Shown here one piece after another: positions 31,435 to 43,004 of a DNA stretch of 64,000 bases. Made by a program: the position numbers and the translations under genes. How positions within the stretch are numbered: the stretch's first letter is position 1; every line of letters starts with the position of its first letter. The notes beneath the pieces are model-generated. The model saw only the letters and a list, made by a program, of their open reading frames with translations, did no database searches and was not told where the DNA came from. The DNA comes from an uncultured Methanoregulaceae archaeon (GTDB lineage: Archaea > Halobacteriota > Methanomicrobia > Methanomicrobiales > Methanospirillaceae), in NCBI GenBank assembly GCA_963701095.1, contig OY969564.1:224001-288000 (forward strand), given 5' to 3'.

Positions 31435-32484
31435 ATGGCAAAGGTTCTCATCGTTGATGACTCCGTATTTATGCGGACCGTCATCCGGGATATGCTCCAG
31501 AAAGATCCTTCACTTGAGATAGTGGGAACAGCATCAAACGGCGTTGAAGCACTGGAAAAGATTCGTATTCTCAAGCCAGATCTTGTGACACTGGATATCG
31601 AGATGCCCCAGATGAACGGTCTAAATGTGCTGCGTAATCTCAAGAATGCATCATGGCATCCTAAAACGCTCATGTTGAGTTCGCTTACATCGGAAGGAGC
31701 AGAGATGACGAATGAGGCAATAAGGTTGGGCGCTGACGATTTTATGCTTAAACCAAAAGATGTTCCCCAGCTCAGGCTTATTGCGGATGAGCTCGTTGCA
31801 ACCATCCATCATCTCCTTAATGCCCTTCCATCACCTCGCAAAGTGACTGCTGTTGCCAGAAAAAAGGATGGCGATGTCGAACGTGTAGTGCTTATCGGGT
31901 CATCAGCAGGTGGCCCTCCTATGCTTGATGCTCTCCTCTCGCAACTACCGGCTGACCTGCAGGCAAGTGTAGTTATCACTCAGCATATGCCTGTTGGTTT
32001 CACTGCACCACTCGCAACACGGTTCAATCGAATCTCCCGTATGCCCGTAAAAGAGACAGAAAACGGGGATCTGCTCAGAACAGGGGAAGTCCTTCTGTCT
32101 AAGGCAGGTGTTCATACCATGATCGGGGCGGCAATGACGGGCGAAGGGAAAAGAACGGGGCGGATTATTCATTCCAGCTCCCCACCCCTCCATGGGGTCC
32201 GGCCCGCTGTGGATAAGACGTTTGAATCAGCCGCTCAGGTTTTTGGGAAAAATATTGTTGCCGTTATTTTGAGCGGTATGGGAAATGATGCCGGTGCCGG
32301 TGCCGCAGTGATCAAAGCGGCCGGAGGGACGAGTATCATCTGTGATGAGAAAGACTGCCTTGTATATGGGATGGCACGATCCGCCATCCAGAATAATGCA
32401 GTAGACAAGGTGGTTCCTCTTGCAAAGATTCCTGATGTCATTGAGAAGATAGTTGAAAAAATGGCGGAGGGATCCCATGTCTGA
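31435..32484 (+). CDS. cheB: Chemotaxis methylesterase CheB
   Basis: Receiver domain plus IGSSAGGP, QHMP, RPAVD, LSGMGNDA, VYGMAR. Confidence 0.95.
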   Translation: MAKVLIVDDSVFMRTVIRDMLQKDPSLEIVGTASNGVEALEKIRILKPDLVTLDIEMPQMNGLNVLRNLKNASWHPKTLMLSSLTSEGAEMTNEAIRLGADDFMLKPKDVPQLRLIADELVATIHHLLNALPSPRKVTAVARKKDGDVERVVLIGSSAGGPPMLDALLSQLPADLQASVVITQHMPVGFTAPLATRFNRISRMPVKETENGDLLRTGEVLLSKAGVHTMIGAAMTGEGKRTGRIIHSSSPPLHGVRPAVDKTFESAAQVFGKNIVAVILSGMGNDAGAGAAVIKAAGGTSIICDEKDCLVYGMARSAIQNNAVDKVVPLAKIPDVIEKIVEKMAEGSHV

Positions 32485-34439
32485 ATTTGAACAGTATCGC
32501 TCACTGTTTGTTGCCGAATCCCGTGAAAACCACGAAAATCTGGTAAACTATCTTTTGGCGCTGGAGAAAGGCATTGATCAGACCGCCATTGATGAAATCT
32601 TCCGGTCTATCCATACCCTCAAAGGGGCATCTGCATCTATGGGTTTTGCAGATATGGAACGTCTCTGTCATACGATGGAGGATGCACTGCAGCTTATCCG
32701 CAGCGGTAGTGCCGAGATGTCTGAGGACCTGGGGAATGTCCTGCTATCATGTACTGATTTGATTGAAGAAATGCTCGATGACATAGAGACCGGCGGAGAT
32801 TCTTCTTCCAAAAATCCCGATAAACAGGTCCATGCACTTCGGATCTGGCTCGAGGCGCAAGATACTACAGGTGGGCCGGATAAACCACGGGAAAGTCCTG
32901 AGCATAAGACGGAGAGTTGTGAACCTGAAGCTGTACAGGTAGAGGATGCTGAACAAGGGACTGGAGTGGAATATACTATGACTATCATAGTTTCCCCGGA
33001 TTGCATGATGAAGGATGTCCGTGCAATGATAGCGATCCAGAACCTGGAAGCACTCGGTACGATACGGTCATTGCAGCCCTCCAAAGAGGAGATAGATGAG
33101 GGCAAGTTCGATGGTACGGCAAAACTCACCATTTTTAGCGATGCCGGAGAGGTAGCACTCAGGACAGCAGCTCAGGGCAGTGAAATATCTACAGTCGAGA
33201 TTCAGGCTACGGAAGAAGCGTCAGCTGTGGCAGCGGTACCAACTCCTGGAAAGAAACCGGCCGAGCCTGATCGAAAGCAAACCGCTGCGGCAGACAAGAA
33301 TCGTGAAATAAAAAATCTCCGGGTGGATATCAGCCAGCTCGACCACATCATGAACCTTGTCGAAGATCTGGTCATTAACCGGGGCCGGCTCAAACAGATC
33401 GCGGAAGAGAGGAAAATAAAAGAGATGGACGAGGCGATCAGTATGGTGGAACGGTCAGTTTCTGAGCTCCAGAATCTGATGATGATCATCCGTATGATCC
33501 CGCTCTCTCATATTTTCAACCGTCTCCCCCGGGTCGTACGTGATGTTGCCCAGTACGATCACAAAGAAGTCGAATTCATCATGGAAGGTGGGGATACAGA
33601 ACTTGACCGGAGTGTTATGGACGGACTCAATGATCCGCTTCTCCACCTGATCAGAAATGCGGTAAATCACGGTATCGAGGACCCGGAGACACGGATAAAG
33701 GCGGGAAAACCCGGTAAAGGGCTTGTCCGGCTGAGTGCACGTCGGGACCGTGATAACGTCATCATCCAACTCACAGATGATGGCGCCGGTATCAACGTCG
33801 AGAAAGTCAAGAAAAAAGCTGTAGAAAAAGGTCTTATATCGCCCGAAGCTGCTGCGACGCTCAGGTACCTGAGGAGGCAATCGATCTACTGTTTCAGCCA
33901 GGCTTTTCCACGGCTGATACTATTACGGATATATCAGGAAGAGGTGTTGGCCTTGATGTCGTCAGACGGTCTATTGAATCTCTTAAAGGGACTATAAAAG
34001 TTGAGACAACACCGGGAAAGGGAAGCGTTTTTGACTTCTTCTTCCGCCAACCATGGCCATTGTAGACGTTATGATAGTCCGAATCAATAATAAACGTCTG
34101 GCAATACCTATCAGTAGCATTGTCGAAGTTGCAAATTTCAAAAAGGATAGCATGCACCGTATCGGCAAAGGAGATGTGACACTTATACGGGATGAAGTGC
34201 TTCAGATCCTCTGGCTGAATGAAATGATCGGGGGTTCAGATCATTGCGAGATCCTTATTGTCGTTCAGTACCAGAAACGGAAATGTTGCATTCCTGTCGA
34301 TGCAGTTGAGGGCAAACAGGAAGTCGTTGTAAAGCCGTTGAGCAGTTTTATAGGAACCACGAAAGGGATCAGCGGGGTCACTATTCTCGGTGATGGTGAT
34401 GTTGTGCCGGTTCTTGATGTAAATACGATGGAGGAATGA
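32477..34439 (+). CDS. cheA: Chemotaxis histidine kinase CheA; two frameshifts (~33865 and ~34033)
   Basis: IFRSIHTLKG HPt, HLIRNAVNHG, DDGAGI; shifted frame gives EEAIDLLFQPGFST...SGRGVGLDVV; third frame gives PPTMAIVDV and the CheW-like domain. Confidence 0.92.
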
Positions 34440-34446
34440 ACAACTT

Positions 34447-35058
34447 ATGAAGCTATCATCAACCCAGATTGACGCGATGCAGGAACTGGGAAATATTGGC
34501 GCAGCACATGCCGCCACAACTCTTTCCCAGATGTTGTCAAGCACGGTCGAGATGAGCGTACCGAAAATCAAGGTAGTCGATGTTGCAAAGCTCGCTGACC
34601 ATATTGGGGAAGAACCAGCAGCTCTTGTGATCTTTGAATTGCAGGGTGAATTTCCTCACGGGGGATACATAATAGTGTATATCTCCCGGAAATCGGCGGT
34701 CCGTCTGACTAATACCATGCTTGGCCTGACGGATCCGGATCGACCCCTTGACGAAATGGACGAAAGCGCCCTCATTGAGATCGGTAATATTATGGCTTCG
34801 GCGTTTCTTGATGCCACTGCCGAACTTCTTGGTTTTGTTATGCTTCCCTCTCCCCCGTCTCTCACCATTGACATGGCTCATGCAGCGATGCAATCTCTTA
34901 TTGCTCAAATGCAGGAAGAGATTGATGAAGTTATGCTGTTTTCCACTGAGCTGATCTGTGAGGAGCATAAGATAGACAGCGACATCATCATGATGCCGGA
35001 AGTATCCATGCTCAAAACATTTGTCGAACGCTTAGAAAACCTGATGAAATCCAACTGA
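34447..35058 (+). CDS. cheC: Chemotaxis phosphatase CheC
   Basis: Two ExGN motifs (QELGNIG, IEIGNIM). Confidence 0.92.
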   Translation: MKLSSTQIDAMQELGNIGAAHAATTLSQMLSSTVEMSVPKIKVVDVAKLADHIGEEPAALVIFELQGEFPHGGYIIVYISRKSAVRLTNTMLGLTDPDRPLDEMDESALIEIGNIMASAFLDATAELLGFVMLPSPPSLTIDMAHAAMQSLIAQMQEEIDEVMLFSTELICEEHKIDSDIIMMPEVSMLKTFVERLENLMKSN

Positions 35059-35074
35059 AACCCCCGGATCTGTG

Positions 35075-35566
35075 ATGTCTGAACCCGCTCCCCAGAACAA
35101 AGGACAGGTAATGATCGGTATCGGTGAGTACTACATAGGAACTTCACCAATGATGACGATCGGCTTGGGATCCTGTATTGGCCTGACAATCTATGACCGG
35201 GATCTTCACATCGGAGCAATGGTGCATATAATGCTGCCCGAGAGCTCCGGGCGCACTGATCGACCGGGAAAATACGCAGACAGCGCAGTCCCCCTTCTCA
35301 TTACCAAGTTAACTGAGAAAGGATCCAAGCGATCATCGCTGGTAGCAAAAATGGCCGGTGGTGCGTGCATGTTTGAATATTTTGGCAACAACCTCAATAT
35401 AGGCGAGAGAAACGCCGAGAAAGTCCGAATCGCTCTTGCGGAGGAGCATATCCGTTTAAGCGGGGAGGAAGTCGGGGGGAAAAACGGCAGGACGGTTTCT
35501 TTTTTTCCAGAAGAGGGCGGAAAAGTTACTGTCAGGAGTGCTGATGGAGCTGCACACGAAATATAA
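35075..35566 (+). CDS. cheD: Chemoreceptor glutamine deamidase CheD
   Basis: GLGSCIG, HIMLP, KYAD, KMAGGA, IGERN. Confidence 0.93.
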   Translation: MSEPAPQNKGQVMIGIGEYYIGTSPMMTIGLGSCIGLTIYDRDLHIGAMVHIMLPESSGRTDRPGKYADSAVPLLITKLTEKGSKRSSLVAKMAGGACMFEYFGNNLNIGERNAEKVRIALAEEHIRLSGEEVGGKNGRTVSFFPEEGGKVTVRSADGAAHEI

Positions 35567-36746
35567 ACTTTTTCTCTCTTTTCTGGTTGTTATTTGTTTT
35601 ATATCAGTTGTTGCCGGAGCCAATACGACACTGGATCAGCAACCGATGGTAACCCTCTTTTCGTCCCTCGTCGGATTCAATATCGTCTGCGCAGATTAAT
35701 GCAATAATTAACGGTCCTGGCGGTCAGGTCCTTATTGCACCCCGCTTGGGCTTTTAACATGTACCGACAGGCTGGAGTACTTTGAACCTCAATCGCAACA
35801 ATCTTTCGAACGGACTTCTGGACAACTTTGTGACAGCTCTTGCATATGACAATACCTGTAACCTCTGGATCGGTTATGCAGGAGGAGTCCAGATTTATGA
35901 CGGGAGTAATTTCCAGACTATTACCAGACAGGAACTGTTAAAAGTCTCCAGATCCGGGCTCTTCAGCGCTGGGATGATGGTATGTGGGTGGCAACCGGCA
36001 ATGAAGGACTGAGCCGGTTTACCTACAATACCTGGACCCGGTATGCACCTTTTTCTCCAAACGGACCGGGTTTTTTTGAGGCTGACAGTATGGCGCTCGA
36101 CAGTGCCACGGATACCCTCCTTGTGGCAACTGATCGAGAAGGGCTTTGGCAGATAAATCAGTCCACAGGTACGTATTTTTTTAACGAAATTGAATCGAAT
36201 AAGGATCCTTACGGGATGCTCGATCATGTGCGAAAGGATCCGTTCGGCGGTGTTTACTTCTTTAATATGACTCAAGTTGTGCATTACGATAATGCCACCG
36301 GGTTCACGCCGATCCTTTCCAGCGAGAATTTTTCCGGGGGGATGTCCAACATCAATGACGTAGCTAAAGGATCCGGGGGGAACCTGTATGTCGCTACAGA
36401 TCGTGGGATTTATGTCTGGAATAATAGGGTGATTACCCGGCATCTGGGAATATTCGAGGGCTTCGGAACCAACTCCCCCGGCATCAAGAAAGTCTTTGTC
36501 GACGCAAAGGGCCGTCTCTGGTTTTCCACGTTGAATAATATCGGGTACTATACCGGCGATGTATCTTCGGCCCCGCTCATTCCTGTTGAGATCATGACAC
36601 CGACCCCCATGTCAACGCCGGACCTGGTAAATATTTCACAAACCCTGATGTCCGAAGGCAATTCGCAACAGGGGAAATCTTCAGTCCTTGATAGTATATT
36701 TAATTTCTTTACCGGGATTATACCGTTTCTTCAGCCTTCTCATTGA
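35544..36746 (+). pseudogene. Secreted beta-propeller (two-component regulator propeller repeat) protein, broken by at least three frameshifts
   Basis: Signal peptide from ATG 35544; repeats LLDNFVTALAYD..NLWIG, MWVATGNEGL, GNLYVATDRGI, VDAKGRLWFST spread across different frames. Confidence 0.65.
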
Positions 36747-36786
36747 ACACAAGAGTACGTGATCTGATAAGGAACTCGCTTCAGAC

Positions 36787-38559
36787 TCATTCGTCATCTG
36801 CGGCATAGTAATAATATTCGCCGCGACCTTTTTGTTCCCGGTCCAGGAACGAATCAGGTTTGTTAATCCGGGGCCGGCCTGTCTGGTCCCTGCGGAACGT
36901 CACATCAAGTGCCTTTAAAAACCGGTTCATACCATCTCGCATAGCAAAGGGGCCGGCGGCTGTTCCTTTTATCCCTGGTTCGCCTTCAAAGACAAGGATC
37001 CTCTCGCTGATCATGTCAATGAGGTAGATGTCGTGATCGATAACAAGAATAGCAACCTTCTTTCCTTCTGCGTGGTGCTTGATAAGCCGGGTTACTTTCA
37101 CCCGTTGTTCGACATCGAGATGGGCACTGGGTTCATCGAGTATATAGAGATCTGCATCACGTGAGAGGCAGGCAGCGATTGCTACCCGCTGCAATTCGCC
37201 GCCGCTCAGAGAATCGACCGGAGACTGGAGGATAGCCTGAAGCGAGAGTGGTTCGAGAATTTCATGCTGGTAATAGGAGCTGTCAAATTTGCTTGTACAA
37301 TGACGCAGGAACATCTCAACGGAATCAGAGGTTTCTGCTTTGATGTACTGCGGTTTATACGATATCCGGAGCGTTGTGTCCATGGAGCCGGAATCAGGTT
37401 TTTCCACACCGGCAAGCAATTTGGCAAATGTACTTTTGCCCATGCCATTTGCACCTATAACTCCCAGTACTTCCCCGGCCTTAATAGTGCCTCCGGAGAT
37501 GGTGAGGTAGAACGTTTCGTAGTTTTTCGTGAGTGGGGGGACCTCAACCAAATCTTCCCGTTTTGATCCTTTCTCGTGTGCTCTTTTTTCAAAGATTACC
37601 TGGGTGTCCCGGAATCTGACATTCTCCTCCGCGAGATATCCTTCAAGATACTGGTTAATGCCGACCCGTACGCCCTTAGGCCGGGTGATAACACCAAAAA
37701 CCGCCGGCTTACCGTACCCGATATGCACCGTATCCGCGAGCATGTCGAGGATGGCAAGGTCATGTTCGACTATGACTACCGGATGTTCTGTTGCTAACTC
37801 CCGGATCAGTTTTGCAGCTGAAATTCGTTGGTAAATGTCAAGAAAAGGTGTTATCTCGTCGAGGAAATAGAGGTCAGCATTTCTTGCAAGGCATGCTGTA
37901 ATCGCCACTCTCTGGAGTTCTCCACCACTGAGCGTACCAATCTCATGATCGAGGATTGCATCGAGTTTCAGTGCCGGAACAAGCTCATCGAGTTTCCCCC
38001 GTTCATCAGTTTTTTTAAGGAGATCTCTGATCGTTCCGGAATACATTTTCGGGATAAAATCAATGTACTGGGGCTTGACAGCAATTTTTTTACTCTTTTT
38101 TGAAACCGTCTGGAGATAATCGAAAAGTTCGGTTCCAGCGTAACGTTTCAGGATCTCCTCCCAGGCTATTTCAATATCAAAATTCCCCAGGTTCGGGCGA
38201 AGTTGGCCGGAGAGAATTTTAACCGCAGTACTTTTCCCGATACCATTTGCACCAAGGATACCGGTGACTTTTCCCAGAACTGGTATTGGAAGGCCGTAGA
38301 GCGCAAACCCGTTTTGCCCATAACGGTGTGTAGGATGTTGGAGTTCTTCGGGAAGGCTGACAATATCAATGGCACCAAAGGGACATTTCTTAATGCAAAT
38401 GCCACAACCAACACAGAGCTCTTCGGAGACAAGAGCTTTACCGTCTTCACCGATCATTACTGTCTCGTCGCCGGTCCGAACCCGGGGACAGTAAATGATA
38501 CATTCGGTACCGCATTTTTTCGCATGGCAGCGATCCTTGTGGACTATGGCAATTCTCAT
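36787..38559 (-). CDS. rli: Ribosome recycling ATPase ABCE1 (RLI)
   Basis: N-terminal Fe-S domain (C..CP, CVGCGICIKKCP), two ABC domains with GANGxGKS and LSGGELQR. Confidence 0.96.
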   Translation of the reverse strand: MRIAIVHKDRCHAKKCGTECIIYCPRVRTGDETVMIGEDGKALVSEELCVGCGICIKKCPFGAIDIVSLPEELQHPTHRYGQNGFALYGLPIPVLGKVTGILGANGIGKSTAVKILSGQLRPNLGNFDIEIAWEEILKRYAGTELFDYLQTVSKKSKKIAVKPQYIDFIPKMYSGTIRDLLKKTDERGKLDELVPALKLDAILDHEIGTLSGGELQRVAITACLARNADLYFLDEITPFLDIYQRISAAKLIRELATEHPVVIVEHDLAILDMLADTVHIGYGKPAVFGVITRPKGVRVGINQYLEGYLAEENVRFRDTQVIFEKRAHEKGSKREDLVEVPPLTKNYETFYLTISGGTIKAGEVLGVIGANGMGKSTFAKLLAGVEKPDSGSMDTTLRISYKPQYIKAETSDSVEMFLRHCTSKFDSSYYQHEILEPLSLQAILQSPVDSLSGGELQRVAIAACLSRDADLYILDEPSAHLDVEQRVKVTRLIKHHAEGKKVAILVIDHDIYLIDMISERILVFEGEPGIKGTAAGPFAMRDGMNRFLKALDVTFRRDQTGRPRINKPDSFLDREQKGRGEYYYYAADDE

Positions 38560-38581
38560 GGGGATCAGAAAGAGTTGGGGA

Positions 38582-39187
38582 TTAGGATGTTACAACCGGA
38601 TAAACGGTGATGTAATCAGTCTTCGTTATTGTGTTATTTCCGTAAGCATTTGTTGCAGTTAAATTGACGGTGAAGTTTCCGGCAGATGCATAGGTTTTTA
38701 CCGGATCCTGCACCGTTGAAAAAGTACCGTCCCCCAGACTCCAATTCCAGGCAGTCGGCGTGTTTGAACTGGAGTCAGTAAAATTAACAGCAAGAGGAGC
38801 AGACCCCGAACTAACGTTGGAGGAGAAACCGGCAACCGGTACCATAGCGGAAAGCAGGATGGTCCATGTCATAACCCAGAACGCAAATGTCATGAATCCT
38901 TGGTATAACCAGTCCTTTGCACCCAGTTTTGAACTGTCAATGTGCATAAGGATGAAGATATGCCTCTGGAGCACAACCCCGGCAAGCATCAGCATGAACG
39001 CTAAAAGCCCGATATCGTTTTTTACGGTAATCTGCAGGTAATAGGACAGAACACCTACAAAGATACCCGCAATACAGGCCACCAGTGTCTTTTTTATACG
39101 GACTATATGATCAGCCTGTTTTTCCAGTTTGGTCTTGTTTTTTCTGGAAAGAACGGGTTGTTCTTCTTCGCGGGTATCTTCGGTCAT
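38582..39187 (-). CDS. EMC6-like 3-TM membrane protein fused to a C-terminal PKD domain
   Basis: Three TMs ending KDWLYQGFMTFAFWVMTWTILL, then PVAGFS..APLAVNFTDSS..WNWSLGDG..YITV PKD domain. Confidence 0.7.
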   Translation of the reverse strand: MTEDTREEEQPVLSRKNKTKLEKQADHIVRIKKTLVACIAGIFVGVLSYYLQITVKNDIGLLAFMLMLAGVVLQRHIFILMHIDSSKLGAKDWLYQGFMTFAFWVMTWTILLSAMVPVAGFSSNVSSGSAPLAVNFTDSSSNTPTAWNWSLGDGTFSTVQDPVKTYASAGNFTVNLTATNAYGNNTITKTDYITVYPVVTS

Positions 39188-39248
39188 CCTGAATCACCTA
39201 GTAGTCTTATTTTTTAGTGCGCAAGCCATATGTACCTTAGTATACCCC

Positions 39249-41154
39249 ATGGCGACTACACAGGGCATGAGTGGGATTGATGTACGGTCGGTAACGTACG
39301 AACTCTGCGGTAAGCTGCCACTCTGGATCGACAAAATCTATCAGTTCGAAACCCGGACACTTGGCATCCGCTTAAACGGAGAAGAGCATGCGAAATTCCT
39401 GTTGCTCATAGAGGCCGGGAGAAGGGTACACCTGGTGAAAAATTTCCCGACACCACCAAAGAACCCTCCACAGTTTGCCATGTTCCTGCGGAAATATCTC
39501 TCAGGCGGAAAAGTACTTGCTATCCGGCAGCACGGTCTTGAGCGTATTCTTATTTTCGATATAGGAAAGGGAACTCTTACGTATCGGCTCATTATCGAGC
39601 TTTTTGATGAAGGAAATGTTATCCTCACGGACGAATCGTACCGGATTATAAAACCCCTTCGACATCACCGGTTCAAAGACCGGGATATCGTCCCTGATGC
39701 CATATACGCATTAAGCGTGACTGATCCAACAGGGTCTCTCGAAAACCTCGCGATAACCCTTGCCGGGGACGACCGGGATCTCGTACGTGCTCTTGCTATC
39801 TCTTGTATGCTCGGGGGCACATATGCGGAATATGTGTGCCGAACAGCTGGTATCGATAAAGCAATGCCTGCACTAAAGGCAGATCCCGGATTACTGTTTA
39901 AAGCACTTACCTCTCTTTTTGATAAAGTCCAACATCACGTTCATCCGATCCTTTCAGGCACCAGCTGCGAACCGGTAATTCTTACTCCAGAACCAGGCAG
40001 TCCATCAAACGAAACAAACCGGTTCTCTGGTTTTTCAGAAGCGCTTGAAGCATTCTATCCTATGACAAAAGCAGAAAAAGTACGGGTTGCTTCAAAACCC
40101 AAATTTTCTGATGTGGAGAAGATTCGTAAGTACCAGGAATCAGCTATAAAAAAATTCGATGAAAAGATCAAAAAAACCGAAGAAATAGTTGCTGCCATCT
40201 ATGAGAACTACCAGTTTGTTGTGCATCTTATCTCCTCTCTTGATACCGCAAGTAAACGCCTTTCCTGGCAGGAAATCGAACACCATCTCCGTGATACCAG
40301 TTCTGCCGATGCTAAACGTATTGTGACTTTCTACCCCGATGAGGCGGCTGTAGAAGTTGATATCGGAAAAAAAGTCAAGATTTTTGTACACGAAAGCATC
40401 GAACAAAATGCCGGCCGGTATTATGATATCATTAAAAAATTCAAGAAGAAAAAAGAAGGTGCCCTACGGGCAATGAAAACGGTAAAAACCAAGAAGAAAA
40501 CGATTCATCGTACAGATCGTTCCTATGAAAAAACTCTGGTATCATCGGTTCCGGTGGTTTGTGACGAGTGATAATATCGTTGTCCTGGGTGGACGGGACG
40601 CCTCACAGAATGAGGAACTGGTGAAAAAGTATATGGCCGGCGGCGATCTCTTTGTCCACGCTGATGTTCATGGTGCGAGCGTTGTGATCGTCAAAGGCAA
40701 AACTGAGCGGATGGACGAAGTGGCCCAGTTTGCAGCGTCGTATTCGGGCGCATGGCGGAGCGGGCATTTTTCTGCCGACGTGTATAGTGCTCTGCCAACC
40801 CAGGTAAGTAAGACTCCTGAATCCGGTGAATTTGTTTCCCGTGGTTCTTTTATTGTCCGGGGCGAACGCACCTATTATCGCGATGTCCCGCTTGCGATCG
40901 GTATTGGATTAATCCTTGAACCTCAGGCTGCAGTCATCGGGGGGCCATCCTCTGTTATTCATTCGAGAACCAAGATTTTTGCAGAGTTAAAACCCGGCCA
41001 GTTTGAACCAAACGATGTGGCAAAGAAAGTGTTGCGTATTCTCCGGCAGAATGTATCCCCGGATGAAGAAAAACTCCTTAAGGGAATACTCAATACCGAC
41101 TCAGTTGCGGCTTTTGTTCCTCCCGGAGGTTCTGATATTTCGGGGATGAAATGA
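39249..41154 (+). CDS. rqcH: Ribosome quality control protein RqcH/Rqc2 (NFACT family); frameshift at ~40511
   Basis: FAMFLRKYL, IELFDEGNVIL; second frame WYHRFRWF, GGRDASQNE, HADVHGA, GSFIVRG. Confidence 0.9.
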
Positions 41155-42176
41155 AAGCAGATTTCGGTGAGCTCAGGGATAACACTGGCGAAATCAGGCT
41201 CCTGCCGGAGAGCATCGATGACCTCTGGCACCTTCAGCACCTGATTGCTCCCGGGGATATGGTATTTGCCACCACTTTCCGGAGTGTGGAGACTGCGACT
41301 GATAAAATCCGTCCTGAAAAGATTGAGAAACGACCCGTCAGGCTTGGCATAAGAGCCGAAAAAGTAGAGTTCTCCGAGCATGGGGTCCGGCTCAGAATAA
41401 CCGGGATCATTGAACATGGTATCGATGCTGGCGCTTACCACACGATCAATGTCGAGACCGGATATGAAATTTCCGTCATACGGCAATGGAGACCGGTAGA
41501 TTTTGAACGGATCGATCGTGCCGTGAAGGCATCAGTCTATGGTGTAATCCATATCCTGACCATCGAAGAAGGAGAGGCAGAACTTTTCCGGCTCCGTCAA
41601 TACGGCCCGGAGAGTGTGATCACTCTTACTGCGGGAAGTGGGAAAGGCAGTGAGTCTGAGACAAGAACTGGTTTTTTCGATACTGTTCTCAAAATTCTCG
41701 CTGATATATCGGGACCTCTTGTTATTGCAGGGCCCGGTTTTATAAAAGATGATTTTATCAGATACGCTAAAAACAAAAACAGTGCCTCTGCAGAACGGGC
41801 GATTGTTGTCGAAACCAGAAGAATTGGTCGCGGCGCGGTCCAGGATGTAATCGGGACGGGAACTCTTGAGAAAATTATTGGCGATCTCCAGCTTTCACGT
41901 GAAGTGAAATTGATGGATGATGTACTCCTGCGTATTTCTCAGGAAGGAGCAGTAGCTTATGGGAAAAAACAGGTCGGGAATGCGATCGAGTATGGTGCTG
42001 TTGATGAAATTCTGCTTGCTGATTCTTTGCTCCGTGACCAATCCATAGTGTGTCTGATTGAGAGTGCAGAAAAAATGAAGGCAAAAATTATCGTACTATC
42101 AACGGAATTTGAACCCGGTGAACGGCTGGAAGCGCTCGGTGGAATCGCCGCACTACTAAGGTATAAACTGGGCTAA
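41151..42176 (+). CDS. pelA: Pelota (Dom34) ribosome rescue factor
   Basis: PESIDDLWHL, GAYHTINV, AGPGFIK, LGGIAALLRY. Confidence 0.95.
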   Translation: MKADFGELRDNTGEIRLLPESIDDLWHLQHLIAPGDMVFATTFRSVETATDKIRPEKIEKRPVRLGIRAEKVEFSEHGVRLRITGIIEHGIDAGAYHTINVETGYEISVIRQWRPVDFERIDRAVKASVYGVIHILTIEEGEAELFRLRQYGPESVITLTAGSGKGSESETRTGFFDTVLKILADISGPLVIAGPGFIKDDFIRYAKNKNSASAERAIVVETRRIGRGAVQDVIGTGTLEKIIGDLQLSREVKLMDDVLLRISQEGAVAYGKKQVGNAIEYGAVDEILLADSLLRDQSIVCLIESAEKMKAKIIVLSTEFEPGERLEALGGIAALLRYKLG

Positions 42177-42269
42177 CAGCTTAAAAACAATGATTAGAAG
42201 TTGCATCCTCTGATTTTCAAGAGAATAGAACTTAATTCTTCCGAAGAAACTCTAATAAAAAAAAATTAA

Positions 42270-42948
42270 TTAGTCTTCTTTCTTTTCCGGTCTTTTGTAG
42301 GTTTCAACCAGCGTTATCTCTGCAATGTCAGCGATGGTCTCAAAGCCTTCATGCAGGATACGGCCATGCCATAGGAGCCAGCGCCGGTCATAGTTTATTC
42401 CGGGTGGGAGATTTATGGTAGCTTTTCCGTTGTCAAGGGAAACTTCCATGTCTTTACCGGCATAGAGCCTGATGATGCCCTTTAACTGTTCAAGGGAATC
42501 AGATACAATCTCTTCGATCTTGTAATGGTACGAAAGCGTCTGGCCTGCGAGCGGAGCATTAAAATCAACAATGACCCGGGACCCGATAACATCAACGACC
42601 ACACCCTCGCCCTGATCTTCTACATTAATATGCATGCCACGTACCGGCTTGTCTTTGAACTTGTTCTTCGGGTACGACTGGACTTTTTTGGTGTCCCGTT
42701 CGCCAAAAGCCTTCTCAGGTGGTACGGTTACATCAGACTTCCGTTCCGACTTTCTTTCCGACAAGTTCCTCATCCAGGCCGGTAATAACATGTTTCTGGC
42801 CTACACAGATAGTGACAGGACCGTAGATCGCAGAAGGACTGTGGATGCCAGCAGTCTTTGCTTCTTCTTCGTCCGTTGTATCAAAAACCAGACCATTGGC
42901 AGTTCCTGTATAACTGAGCTTAACAAAATCTCCATCTTTAATCGTCAT
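42270..42948 (-). CDS. Long FKBP-type peptidyl-prolyl isomerase; frameshift at ~42738
   Basis: GDFVKLSYTG..FDTTDEE, then shifted frame VPPEKAFGERD..VDFNAPLAGQTL. Confidence 0.88.
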
Positions 42949-43004
42949 AACTTCACCTGACTATATTAAATCGCAACAATGACAGATAAAAGTGTGGCAC
43001 GATT

